Shown here: one piece after another, positions 1-13,200 of the stretch
Layout: every line of letters starts with the position of its first letter
Numbering within the stretch: the first letter of the stretch is position 1
NCBI GenBank assembly: GCA_973895155.1
Contig: OZ316899.1
Span: 6,699,241-6,763,240 of the forward strand
DNA length: 64,000 nt
Source of the DNA: Marsupella aquatica
Taxonomy: Eukaryota; Plantae; Marchantiophyta
Reading direction: 5' to 3'
Notes under the pieces: generated by a model
Seen by the model: only the letters and a program-made list of their open reading frames with translations
Told to the model about the DNA's origin: nothing
Database searches by the model: none
Made by a program: the position numbers and the translations under genes

Positions 1-1228
1 TACGATTGGGGATACCCAGTCTGAATGTAGGATTGGAGTGATGAATCCTGCTTCCACTAGTTTGTCAATTTATGCTTTGACCATCAAGGGAATACTTAGG
101 GTTCATCCTACAAATTGGCTGCCTAAAAGATTTGGCTCCTAACATCAGATCAATTTGGTGTTCCCCCAATTTTGGGTCCACTCCCTTTAGGTCTTGGTGG
201 CTCCATGCGAACACATCCTGAAATTCAATCAGTAACTCACTGATCTCCTTCTTGACCTCCAGTGCCAGATCTCTGCCCAAGTTTAGTTCCCTGCCCTCTT
301 CTAGGTCTAGCTTTCGGTATTGCCGTGCTTGGATCATGTTAATCTGCTTTTTCAAATTTGGGTCAAGCTCGTCTTCCAACCTCTTGAGTCTCATCCCTCC
401 ATAAACTGGGATCTCGGTTGTGCTAGTCAAGTCAGCTGACTTGATTCCTTTGTTGTCCGAGGACGTTACCTCTTCCATTGTGGTCGGCCTCAGATTCTGT
501 GGCTTAGGTGCCGGCTTCTCTTTCTGACCCTGCTTCGGCTTAACCTCCTCTTTTCTCGCTTCCTGAGGTTTTGGCCGCTGCGCTCGTCCGGCTTCCAGTA
601 GTGCTTCTATTTGTTATCCCCTAGTGATTGGCCTGTAAGCCAAAATCTTGGCAGTTATATTGGTTGCCAATGATAACCGGCATTGTGGATCCCGCCGGCC
701 CTGCCACAACACCCGTTGAAAATCCAATACTTGAGGTGCTGCTCCCCTCTTAGTCAAATTATCTAGTCGATTGTCTCCCAGTGATTCCTGTAGAATTGAA
801 GCTAAGAAGGTGGACTCTATGGCAAAGCAGTCCTCGGCTTTTGCATCACATTCTTCTTCCATACTACTCTCTATTGGTTCTTGCCAAAGTCCATTGTGGG
901 GCACATTCGGTCCAAAGACACTTTCTTTGGTCAGGTCTGAGAGGCATTCTAGCCAACGTACCTCATCGGCAGACTCTAGCCCACTATCATACCCATCTAC
1001 TTCTTGGATACTCTTCCCTTGGTCATCCTTGGTGTCCCAGGATACCTTGATAGTCCCAAAGGTGAATTCCTTCTTTCCCCAATCCTCTATCACCTTGGCA
1101 ATGGTAGAGCCACGGCCTGCCAATCGAAATGATGTAGGGTTCACCGGCTTCATTACCACATAGTTGATACTGAACAAGACCTCCTATCTCAATTTTGATG
1201 CCGATGAGAACTCCCGTGGGAATAACCT

Positions 1229-1528
1229 TGGGGGCCTCAATCCAAGGGGTGTCCCATATCACGCTCAAAGTTTTGGGGGAATAAACACCCTAAAAGTTAA
1301 GTCAATAAAGTTTGTTTTAGGAATTTTTTAACCCCTAACTTATTGAGATATTCCAAGAATATTCTCATATTTGATTTTAAAAAACCCTATGATTCTTATA
1401 ATTCTCAAAATTGGATTAAAATAACTCTAATGTTCTTCAACAAAAATTTAAAAGTATTTCACTAAACCCAATAAAAAACCCTATACTTATTCGCGCGTGA
1501 TGGGTCGGAAGAAAAGAAGTGAGGACCC
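1229..1528. mobile_element. ~300-bp AT-rich MITE-like insertion
   Basis: Direct repeat AATAACCT at 1221-1228 and 1529-1536; short imperfect TIR GGGGCCTCA / TGAGGACCC. Removing it restores the host protease peptide MANGYQVI-PTGVL. Confidence 0.7.
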
Positions 1529-1961
1529 AATAACCTGATAGCCATTAGCCATGTTCAACACTCTTCCAGTGACCTCTGGTGTTAAACCCCATCCTATTGC
1601 TGTTGAATCAATCATAATACATACCCCTGATCCCCCATTGATGGGTACACGTAGCAATAATTCTCCCTAAATCATTAATGGTAGCGCTGGGGCTCCTTGA
1701 TCCTCTTCTTTCATCAACACATCGGATCCAGTGGCTACCTTGGGTAATCTTGGTTTGCCAAGTATTGCCTTCCTTATTGTTTCCGGAAATACGGGCTATT
1801 CTTCAAAAGTTGACCTACCGTTGCTGAGACTCTGGATTCTAGTACATCCTTAGCCAAGTCATAGGGAACTACCGGCTTCTCTTCTGCCAATTTCTCTCTC
1901 TTGGCTTTGGCTTGTTGTTGAATGGTAGGTTCCAGGGAGGAGGGTTTCCAAAGTAAATAGC

Positions 1962-3435
1962 AGTCGCGGAACTTGACTAGCTTAACACTTAGCTCCGGCG
2001 TTGCTGACTCTGACGCCAAGCTCCCTTATGGTCCAGGCCCGGATAGGCCATCCGGGGAGGACTTAGCATGGGGAGATTTGTGGGCAATGAGACATGGTAC
2101 TAGCGAAGGCAAGGCGCCAAGCTGGTGACACACACTAAGGACTTAGACTAGCTGAGAGCTGGTCGGGTCAAGGGGAAAAGGGCCGGGCTTAGGGTTGACC
2201 GTCCGGACCCCCGAACGGACTTTGAGTTCTGAGGACTTGAGTGAGAGCTCCTCTTGGGCCCAAGGCCAATGGAGTTGACGCCATGGGTAACGGACACTTG
2301 GGGCGCAAGTTATGGCCCAATCCAGGTATGGCCGATCGAGGGCCCCAAGCGACAATGAGATTTGAGGGCCTGGGCATGAGCACTGGGTCATCCTGATCAC
2401 AACGGGCTAAGGCACTCTACTTGCGGACGCCTAACTAGGAAGTTATGGGCGTTGCCAGTTGGTGGCACGCCCAAACATGCGGGATAGGATCCGGGTTGGG
2501 GACCAAAAAGTTGAGGACCAAAGTTGGTCCGGGGGTGGCAGGTCTCCAGAAGCATATATGAGGTGAGTGGTGTCTCCTTGGGGGCTAAGGGCGAGCCGAA
2601 GTCGTGAGCCGCAACGGTCGCGACACTAAGGGAAAATGCCAAACGGAAACAATAATAACTTCCAAACGGGAAGTCTGTTGGAGGACTTCTTGGGTGCATT
2701 GGAAATATCTCAAGGAGGGCTACATCCTCCTGAGTGAATCTGGGTATGGGGGAGCCATAGGTTCTCAAGGTTTGTGGGTGTTGTCTCACCCGCTTGCAAA
2801 ATTGTGCCGAAATAGCAGCCAAGCCGCGTTCAGTCTCTCAAGGGAGCTTGCATTGGGGAGGCAAGGCCAAGTAGGCGTGGAGGTTGAGTTCCAAGGGCAC
2901 TTGGCCCCTAGACCATCAGTGGGGTGAGAACCGGGAGTTAGTTGCTAAAGTCGGGGCCATTCTAGTCTCGACGTGTTGGGACAAGCTTGGGACAAGCTAC
3001 GCTATTTGGGCCATGAGCATGTCCTGGGGACAGGGAGGTCAGTTGGTGATGGATAGGTATAAGGGGAACCCGGGCCGAGTTATTCTGGACAAACAGTGGA
3101 CGTAGGTTCTGGTTCCGGCTTATGGCATCAAGAGGACCTATCGCTGACCTACTTATCAATGTTTGTTGAGCTTAAGTTAGGATGCTTGACTTGAGGAGAA
3201 CTAGATCTTTAAGGATTACTTACCAAGACGCTTGGTTGCTTGTGCAGACAGTGAGGATTGTTGAGTAGCGGTCGTGTTGGAGAGCAAGTGCGGCTTCATA
3301 TGGGAGTGGCCACTGGTGGTGCAAGGGGCACTAGATTGCTTGCTCGAGGTATTTCTTGAAGGCGTTTGGGCATCAAGGGCACTTAGGCAAGGGTGCTGGG
3401 ATTGGTGAGGGCGCTGGGTGGCAAGGTCCACCACT
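1962..3435 (+). mobile_element. Solo LTR of the chromovirus family at 22810-39997
   Basis: Homologous over ~1.47 kb to 22810-24301; begins AGTCGCGG and ends CCACCACT; no internal sequence; flanks ATAGC/ACAGG may be a decayed 5-bp TSD. Confidence 0.85.
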
Positions 3436-4102
3436 ACAGGGCTTTGGCTCTTTTGACATCCTTGGCTATTGCTTCGATATTCTCTAGTGTTTCTAACTCC
3501 CAAAGTTGTTCCTTAACACTAGCAGTAATGGAAGGGTAGAATAACTTGGGGTGATCTCAGTTGAAATCACTATCTTGTGAAAGGACTGGGCTCGTTGGTG
3601 GGATCAGGGCTTACCTGCGTTGCCGACGCCTTTCCTTCTCCCTCCATTGATGTTGATGAAGAGTCGACCCTTTCCTCCTTGGCCTTCCCCTTGTTCTTGG
3701 CCAGACCATCCCACCTTTCCTTCCTCCTTGTTGAACGAGTAGAAACACGACAACAATCGTGGTCTAGTTCCTCTTCTGAGAATGTTGATAAGGCCTCAAC
3801 TTTGTCATCAGATGGTCCAAACTTGGCCTTAGCATCTGTTTGCCATCCTAGTTCAATGTGATTGATTTGAACTCCACCTGGTGTAGTGCTTGGTGGTAGG
3901 ACCTTGACCGACAAGATTTTGTGATTTGTGGCCAATCCTGCCAACCAAGTAGGACATTGTCCTAGCATGTGGCCCTCTTGTCGGCATCCCATACATAACT
4001 GAGCTGGCTGCCCATCACCTTGTTTCCTTGCATTCTGACACTCTCTAGCAAAATGGCCAGGTTGACCACAGGTATAGCATGCAGCAAATCTTTGTACGTT
4101 CG

Positions 4103-7100
4103 TGTCAAACACTTGCCAAGGAGCTTAAGCGGCTTTTCTCCCCAAAAGACTACCTAATACCTGCTCCATGTCATACCAGGGTCACAAAGGATTGACAAAA
4201 CTTCTGAAGTGTGCTTACAATGTCCAATCACTCCATACATAAGTAGTTTCAACTCTCCACTTCTAGAGAGGTAGTCCCCTTGACTACTTTTGTACTCACC
4301 CCTTCCCCTCTCCTCTACTCCAAGGATCAGCAAGGGGGATCTCCGCTCCAAGCTGTCACCTTAGAGTAGATTCTCACACAAACACCCAAGAACCCAAAGT
4401 ACTTTCCTCTTCAAGCTTAAGTCTCCTCAAGACCCTCAAAGTAGTGTTACCCCTCAACCTTGCCCCCCTGGCCTTGGTTTGGGTCCACACATCCCCTTTG
4501 AGCCCTAGAGAAGGCTCCTCTATCTAAGGACTCTTCCTCTTGTTCTTACTTCTTGTTAACACCACACACCAAGCAAAGTACTTTCCACCCTCAAGCTATA
4601 ATCCTCTCTAAGTCTCAAAGTAATGCTATACCTTAACCTTGCCTCCTTGGCCTTGGTTTTGTACTAGCACATCCCCTTCAAGCTTAGACCAAGATTATAC
4701 CATAGCATGGACTCTTCTCTTGCTCTCATATACTTCAAATGCACTCACACTTAATGGTCACAATGAAGATTGGTAAGTCTCCTTTTATTGCATCACCTTT
4801 ACAACAAAAGTTCACTACACATTCTCCCCACTAAGCATGGACCACCTCTCCTTTCTCAAGCTTAGCCCTACCTTGGCAAGGTAGAGATTTCACTTAAGAG
4901 ATGAGACTCCCGGTCCCTAACAAATGAAAACTTCCTCCTTATATACTATCTCCTTCCACATCACACCAAGCTTGACCTGGGGTCCAACTATACCTCCCCC
5001 AAGTCCTCCTAACACACAAAGTCCAACTCTATAGTTCATAGCCCACCCTACTACTTGCTATTTTGCCTCCTTCCAAGCCCTGGAATATGCCACACATGAG
5101 TGGTATGCTTTGACTTCCAAACCTACTCCCACTTATGGTCCTCCTCACCAGCTTACCAACCCACTTGAAAGCTCGCAAAAAGAGTGAGTGAGTCTCAAGT
5201 TGTGCCTAGTCAAAGTTGGCCTTATTTTACTTGTAACCCCTTTACTACCCTAAGTAAACTACCCCCTATATTTACTTTTCTTAACTTGATGGCCTTACAC
5301 CTTTGGCCAAAGGTAAGTACCCTTCTCTAGAGCCTAACTCAAGTGGTATGGGTGCAAGAAAGGTCAGCCCCTAAATCTGGTATTCATTCCCCTATGCCGA
5401 CTTTGGTTTGCAAGTTGTCGGGACTCCCTCGTGGCCTCGGTTAAAAATATATTTGAGTGATTACTTTTCTGGGGTTCCACCTTCACCAGGGGGTGCCTTA
5501 TCTTCCCCTAACTCAGCACAAAAAAATTTGGGCCCCAACGGATACCTCTAGCCAAAGTTATGCCCATTCTCCCAAGGCCTGTTTTTGGTGTAAAGCGGGT
5601 GTAAGCGGCGGCCCGATTACACTTACCTTACATGCCCCTTATGGGGATTCCACGTGTCATGAGGGGAGAGCACTCTCATTATACTCATGTTTCTTATGAA
5701 GAAATTGTAAGGACAGCAATGTTTGCAGCCATTTCTCTCTCGTGAATTCAATCTAAAACCACAGCATTCTCTATTGGATTCTTTCTTGTGCAGCAGTCCA
5801 GCTGATCAGCCGCCAGCCCCTCAATTTCACAGCCACCATAGCTCACAGCCAGCCTAGTCAATTTCGCAGCTAGCCCACCTCTTCAATTTTGCCGCTAGCA
5901 ACACAGTCAATTTCGCAGCTAGCAGCACAGTCACATCAGCGCATTTACAGCACAACAACAGCAGATTTGAAGCACAGCAGCAGCAACCATAGCTTGATTC
6001 CTTCTCAGTCAAGCAGGTCTCTCTTCTCAATTTCGTAGCTGCCCACCTTTGCAATTTCGCAGCTAGCAGCAGCATCATTCAATTCAGCAGCATCAAGGCA
6101 GCAGCCAGCCAATTCTCATGAGCATCTCGTGCCTGATTAGTAGGAGCACCTCTAATCTAGTGTGCAGCTGTCATAGCAGCAAGCAGCCTTCCCAATTCAA
6201 AGCCAGCAGCGATCCTAATTTGCAGCCATAGCTCTTTTCCTTCTCAGCAGCCATAGCTTCTTCAATCAGCAACAGCCCTTGCTTCTTCAATCAGCAGCAG
6301 CCATTTCAATTCAGCCGCCCTTCCTTCAATTCAGCCGCCCTTGTGCTCAATTGATTCCTCAAGTAATCATGCAGCACCTTTGGACAGCCTCCCGGTGCTT
6401 GACGTCCTCACCAGCCTCGTGCTTGCTCCTCCTTGCCTCGTGCTCGCCGCGTGATCGCCGCCCACGCGGTTTACACTTAGAAAAAAATACATTTTTTTTT
6501 GGAAAAACAGCATTTTGGGGCGATTTTGGACCCCCCTCCAAAACTCACACATAAGTCCAAAAGGACTTCTGAGTAGCTCCACTGATTCTATGGACATAGG
6601 ACTATGTCCGGGTTTACTAAGATATAAACAAAACCCTATAACAACTTTTCTAAAATTAGGCAAAGAGGGTCAAGTCTTTATGTCTTCCAAAATTCTTCTC
6701 AACTTTGAGATGCTCCCAAAAAGTAACCAAGTGTGACAAAGTTGTCCCACAAGTTTCTAGGGATAGAGGGGACCATACTTAACCCACTTCCAAACTTGGA
6801 ACCCCTACATTTACCCATCAGCTATTTTTCCCGGGACCCGCTATTTGGTAACTTTGATTTTTGCCAAAATACTTATAACTCCTAGGTTAAGACCCCACTT
6901 GACTTCATACTTTTTCAGGGTTCCCTAGGGACCTCCCAGCACCCATGGGAGAAATATCAGCCAAAAATAAGATGTCCGGTGTCGGGTCATTTTTCGGTCC
7001 CGACTTAGTCGCCTATTATAACTAAGGACGGAACTAGTTTCCTGCCCCTCCTATAGTAACTTGCTTACCCCTAGATAACTTTGCATAACTAAAATTCCCT

Positions 7101-7246
7101 CTTACCTCTACTAAGCTTCCCTTCTTACTTAAGTGCCCTAAACCTAGCTACTCTGATAGCACTAAAACTTTTTCCCTAACTATTTCCTCTTCTAAACGAA
7201 AGAATGTCATGTTTCTCTACACTAGCTGACACTGAGCCATCCCACA
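4103..7246 (-). repeat. 3' LTR (3144 bp) of the young gypsy
   Basis: TGTCAAAC...CATCCCACA; near-identical to 13407-16550 (only the C5842/T15146 difference seen by eye). Confidence 0.97.
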
Positions 7247-7249
7247 TAG

Positions 7250-7260
7250 CCCCCTACTTA
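7250..7260 (-). promoter_or_regulatory. Polypurine tract of the young gypsy
   Basis: Minus strand TAAGTAGGGGG, 3 nt before the 3' LTR. Confidence 0.8.
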
Positions 7261-7286
7261 AGTGTGCAGCGTCCCCGCAAACACAC

Positions 7287-10200
7287 TTATTCCTGATTAA
7301 AGTACCTTTTCAACCTATCATGATGCACTCTAGTAGGGAACACCTCTCCTTCAAGAGTAGCAAGCTGAATTGACCCATTAGCATAAACCTGGTGAACAAC
7401 ATAAGGACCCAACCACCGAGTATGCAACTTGCCTGGAAAATGAGCATACCTACTGTCATAGAGTAATACCAGTTGTCCAGCAAGTAAAGAAGTTGGCTTC
7501 TTCAACTTCTTGTCATGATGTTGCTTCACTTGAGCTTGCTTCTTCTTCACTTGCTTGCTTGCCTCTTCCCGGATTTCCTCCAACTCCTCCAGCTGGTAAG
7601 CTCTCTCCATTAAACTCTGGTCAGCCTCCATTCTCTCCTCCACACTTACCCTCAAAGTAGGCACTTCAAACTCAACAGGTACAAGGGAGTGTTGTCCAAA
7701 TACTAGGTAGAAAGGACTATGGCCGGTTGTGGTCTTGAAAGCAAGGTTGTAGGAGTACACAGCTGAGTATAATTTGTCATCCCAATCAGTCTTGTGTGCC
7801 GCCACGGTTTTGTTCAAGATCTTGCCAATGATGCCATTAGCTCTCTCCGTTAATCCATTGGCCTTGGGGTGATAGGGGGTGGTCTTCCTATGCTTAATCA
7901 AGTAATGGTTAGTGAGCTCCTCCACAACTTCATTCAAGAAGTGAGTCCCCCTATCACTAACCAGCTCTAGAGGTGGCCCAAATCTGGTAAAAATCTGTTG
8001 ATACATGAACCTTGCTACTGTGAGAGCATTATCCTTGCTGGTTGGTCTTGCCTCTACCCACTTAGTAGCATAATCAGTTGCAAGAAGGATGTATCGATTC
8101 CTTCTAGACCTGGTCACAGGAGTGATGGGACCTATGAAATCTATACCCCACTTCTCAAAAGGTGCAAGAGGTAAGATGGTGGTAAGAGGGTGATGCCTTG
8201 AGTGAGCTGGCTTACCTGTCCTTTGGCAAGGGTCACATCCCCTCACAAAAAGACTTACATCCTTATGAAGTGTTGGCCACCAATACCCTGCATCAAGAAT
8301 TTTCCTTGCTGTTGTTGCACTTGCATAATGGCCACCAGCCTCCTCCTCATGCATAGCTCTCATCACAATGGAGATTTCCTTCTTCTCCAAACACCTCCTT
8401 AGTCTCCCATCAACTCCTTCCTTGTGAAGGACACCCTTCACCAATAAGTAAGGTCTGATTTTTCTCAGGAAAACAGCAGCCTCCTCTTGGTTCAAATCTC
8501 TTGGTAGCCGGGTTGTGAGAAGAAATTGGATGATATCCAAATACCATGTATCTCCTCCACTTCCCACATGAAAGAGGTCTTCATCTGGAAACTGATCATC
8601 CACCTCCTTCAAGTCCTCTTCTCCTTCAATCCTTGAGAAGAAGTCTGCATTCCCATGCTTCTTACCAGGCCTGACCCTCACCTCATAATCAAACTCTTGG
8701 AGCAACAAGATCCACCTTGCCACTCTACCAGTTACATCAGGTTTATTCACCATATACTTGAGAGCATTGTGATCAGTATGAAAGACCACCTTATAGCCCA
8801 ACAAGTAGTGCCTAAACTTCTTACAAGAGTAGATGATTCCTAGAGCTTCTCTATCGGTTGGTGAGTAATTCTTTTCAGCTGGTGCCAATAGTCTACTTGC
8901 AAAGTAGATAGGGTGATCCCTATTCTGGTCATCAAGTTGACTAAGCACCACACCAATACAAAAGCCAGACACATCCACATACACATGAAATTCTCTACTC
9001 CAATCTGGTGCTATCAAGATAGGGGCTTCAACCAACCTGTTCTTCAACTCCTGAAAACTTGCTAGCCTCTCAACTGAGGGTTCAACCTCAGCCCCCTTCT
9101 TAAGCATGCTGGTTAGGGGTAAAGCTACTTTAGCAAAGTCCTTAATGAACCTTCTATAGTAGTTTAAACATCCCAAGAATCCCCTCAACTCTGTCACTGA
9201 AGTTGGAAACTTGACAGCCATCCAAACAGCAACCTTCTCTTGGTCCACTTCTATGCCCTTCTTGGATACCTTGTGGCCAAGTAGTATCCCTTCTTCCACA
9301 CCAAAGAAGCACTTCCCTGGGTGAAGCTTCAAACCAACTTCCCTACATCTTTGGAAGGTCATCCTCAAATGTTCAACATGGTCCTTCCCCCTTCCAAAAA
9401 CAGCAAAGTCATCTATGAATACTTCCAAGAACTTTCTCAAGTAGTCATGAAAGATATTCATCATCAACCTTTGGAACATACCAGGGGCATTACAAAGACC
9501 AAAAGGCATCCTCCGAAAGGCATAAATCCCCCACTCAGTAGTAAAGGCTGTCTTCAACTGGTCCTCCTTCCTTATCCAAATCTGGTTGTAACCTGAGTAC
9601 CCATCTAGGAAGCTATACACTTCCCAACCAGCTACTAAATCAAGTACCATATCAGTAAATGGAATGGGATAGTGGTCCTTCTTAGTGGCCTCATTGAGTT
9701 TCCTAAAGTCTTGGCAAACTCGGATCTTAGGCTTACCATCCAAGCCTGGTTTCTTTGGTACTATGACAATTGGAGAAACCCACTCACTATTCAACACAGG
9801 ATAGATGAAACCTGCTTCCAGCAATTTGTCTATCTCTTCCTTCACCATCAAGGAGTACTTGGGATTCATCCGATATTGCCTTTGTCTCACAGGTGAAGCT
9901 CCTAGCATCAAGTCGATTCTATGCTCACCAAGTTCAGGGTTTACACCAGTAAGATCCAAGTGACTCCAAGCAAACACATCCACATATTCACCTAGCAAAT
10001 CTTGGATAGTTTTCTCTTCACCTGATCCCAGGGCATTTCCCAAGTTGAAGGTCTTGTCTTGCTGGACAGAGATGGTTCTGTACTGCTCAGCTCGAATCAC
10101 CTCCATCTTGTTCCTCATTGTGGAGTCAAAAGTGCCCTCAAGTTGTGCCAACCTCATGCCTCCATAGACGGGTGCATTTTCAGCACTTAACTCCTCCTTC

Positions 10201-13200
10201 TCCTTGCTTGAATGCTGGTCTTCCTGAGTCTCATCCTCCTCTGAGTTTGCAGCCTTCAATTGGTCCTCTAGCTCCTTTATCTTGAGCTTTAACAAGGCTA
10301 AGTGCTTAGCCTTTAAACTCTGGTCATTACTCCTTGTCTTGATCTCAACTTGGGCAGCACCCTTGCTGGTCTGATCAACCTCCTGAGCCATTGTGATAGT
10401 GTCTTCTTGGTTGCTCTCCTTGGCTGAGGTCTCAGCCTGCTTCACCTCCTCGAGACTGGTCACTTCACTGAGACTGGGCAGAGGTGAATGGCTGGTAAGA
10501 GCCTCCTGCTCTTGCTCCTCTCCAAACACTTCTTCTTCAGTCCATTGGCTCACCATGTTCAACATGTATACCTCATCCTCATCAGATTCAGATTTGGTAC
10601 TCAACTCATCGGAAAGTTCAGAATCATATTCATCCAACTCATCAGTAGTCTCTCCTTGATGCTTGTCATGACCCCATGAAACTGAAGTGGCTGGTTTGCC
10701 AAACCTAAACTCCTTCTTGCCCCAATCAGACACTACTTTGGCTCCATATAGCCAAGGCCTCCCAATCAAGATTGGGTAAGTAGATGGCCTTGCTGGTCTC
10801 ATCACCAAGTAATTCAACAAGAACTCCTGCCCCCCAATGAGAGTAGGTACTTGAGTAAGAGTCCCCACCGGTAGCACTCTTGCTCCATTTGCTAGCCTCA
10901 TTGTCCTTGCTGTTGGCTGAAGTTTCTTGAAACCTAGTTGTTGGGCAGTAGCCTCAATCATGATATTCACACCTGAGCCTCCATCAACTGGTACATACGA
11001 GAGTACACACCCATTTACTTGAACATCAATCTCAGGTGCTCCAAGGTCTTCACAAACCATCATCACATCAGCTGGGGTACCAACCTTTGGAAGCTTCCTT
11101 CTTCTCCTTCCTACCAACATCTCCTTCAGTTGCCTCCTATACAAAGGGTTGTCTTTGATCAGCTGCCCCACTGTAGCAGTAACCAAACAATCTTTCACAT
11201 CCTTCTTGATGTCATAAGAGGGTACCTTGCTGGTCTCTTTCTTCTCTTCCACCTCAGCTTTTTCCTTCAAAGCTTTAGCAACCTTCAGGTCTTTGTTGAT
11301 GGCCTCTTGATGCTCCTTAGCCTCCATCTCCTCTAGTTGCCTCTTGACTTCCTCATTCACCTTGGGATAGAAGAGCTTCGGATGGTCTCTCTTGTAGTCA
11401 CTATCTTCAGCTGGTGGGACTTGAACTTCTGCTCCAACTTCAACTTCGATTGGTGACTCCGTTGAGTGCTCCTTTCTCTCCTTCCTCTTCTTCCTCTCTT
11501 CCACTCTTTCCTTCTTTCTTGTGGACCTGGTAGACACCTTGTAACACACAGCTTCCTCCTCAGGTGTCTCCATTCCTGGTAGATCTGGCTGGTTCTCCCC
11601 ACCAGCAACTTGTGTCACTCCATCTTTGGCCTCCTCTTGCCACTCCATACTCAAGAAGTTCACTGTGGCTTCACCGGGAGCTTTGGCAACCGCTGGTGGT
11701 GGTGCTTCTATCCTTCCTATCATCATCTTGGCAGCAGATCCAATAGGACAGTTGGCTGTGGTATGACCCTCCCTTTTGCACACAGCACAAAGAGGATAGG
11801 GAGCTCCTTGTCCCTGCCTCCTTGGTTCGGGGCAACTGTTGGAATAGTGCCCTGGTTTTTGACAGTTCCAGCAGATCACCACGGTAGTTCTTGCCACTCC
11901 CCCAGGTCCTTGAGGTCCCATTTGATCCACCATCCTTGGTTGAAGACCAGGCATCAGTTGAGGTGCCATGGGTGGAGCTGGTCTTCCTTGCAAAGTTCTT
12001 GGGCCTCCTGAAATCTGGTACACCATCTCCGGGGCTTCTTCATAGAAGTAGTCCACCACTTCACTTGCTTGATAAACATCGTTGGACTCTTCATTGACAT
12101 ACTGAACTTGATTCCTCCAACCTTGACACTCTTGAGGTGTATGGCCAAAACTCTTGCACTTGACACACCATACATGGGCTCTATTCACCGGCACTTTTCT
12201 CCTATCAGGTTGCACACCAGCAAAGTGAACTGATAGGGCCTTGAGTTGGTTGGTGATCTCACTCATCTTGTTATCCATCACCTTCTTCTCCTTGGTTGCT
12301 GGTGTAGAACCTTCCACCAAGTTGAAGGTTGCAGATTTGTGGTGCTTACCACCTGGCTTCTTCTTGCTGGCTCTCCTCTTCTGGTCGCTTTTTCTCTTTG
12401 CCTTCTTCTTCTTCTTCTTCTTCTTCTCGGAGTCCTCCTCAGAATCAGATTCTGAATCAGAACTGGAACTACTCTCCTCAGATTCCGACTCAGAAGTATC
12501 CTCAACTGAACTACTTGATTCACTTGAGCTAGAAGAAGAATCACTATAAGCAAATCGCTTCTTCTTTCTCCTACTCTTGGAACTAGAGATCTCAGCACTC
12601 CTATAAGACTGAGCCGCCTCAATGGCCTCATCCAACGTATTAGGGTGAGATTGCCTTACTGAGACACCCATCTTCCTGGGTAGGCTTGCCACAAACCAAG
12701 CCAACAACATGGAGTCTACTGGTCTGGGGTCAAGCTTGGTAGCTAACCTTTGAAACCTTTGCAGAAACCTCCTTACTGACTCCTTGGATCCCATTCTGAT
12801 CTCTCCCATCTTGATCAGAGCTTCCGATTCTTCTCCCACCTTCCTAAACTCCTGCAAGAATGCTAGCTTGAAGGCATCCCAATCATTCTTGATGGCATTT
12901 GATAGGCTATTGAACCAAGGTCTTGCTTCTCCTCTCAAGACCCCCGCCAAAGTGGTCAACTTAATATCAAACTCTCCATTGGCTTGGGCTGTCCCAATGA
13001 AGTCCTCCAACCAACCATCAGGATCCTCCTTGGGCTTGCCATGGAATGTCTTGTACTGAAATCTTGCTCTTTGAGTCACCACCATGGTTGCTTCTTGATC
13101 TTCACTTGTGTTGGTAGTGGAAGAAGATGTATCACTCCACCCTACACCAGGTTCCGCTTCAGCTTGCAAATGAATGTCCACCCAATCTGGTTGCTCCAAC

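Noticed and set aside
2143-3503. Many 60-140-aa ORFs, recurring at 22.9-24.3 kb and 38.7-40 kb
   Set aside because: Chance ORFs in a GC-rich LTR; frames are not preserved among the three copies.
4154-6736. Short ORFs duplicated at +9304 (e.g. 4154-4351, 5457-5699, 5854-6078)
   Set aside because: Identical only because they lie in the two LTRs; no recognisable domains, and several are low-complexity.
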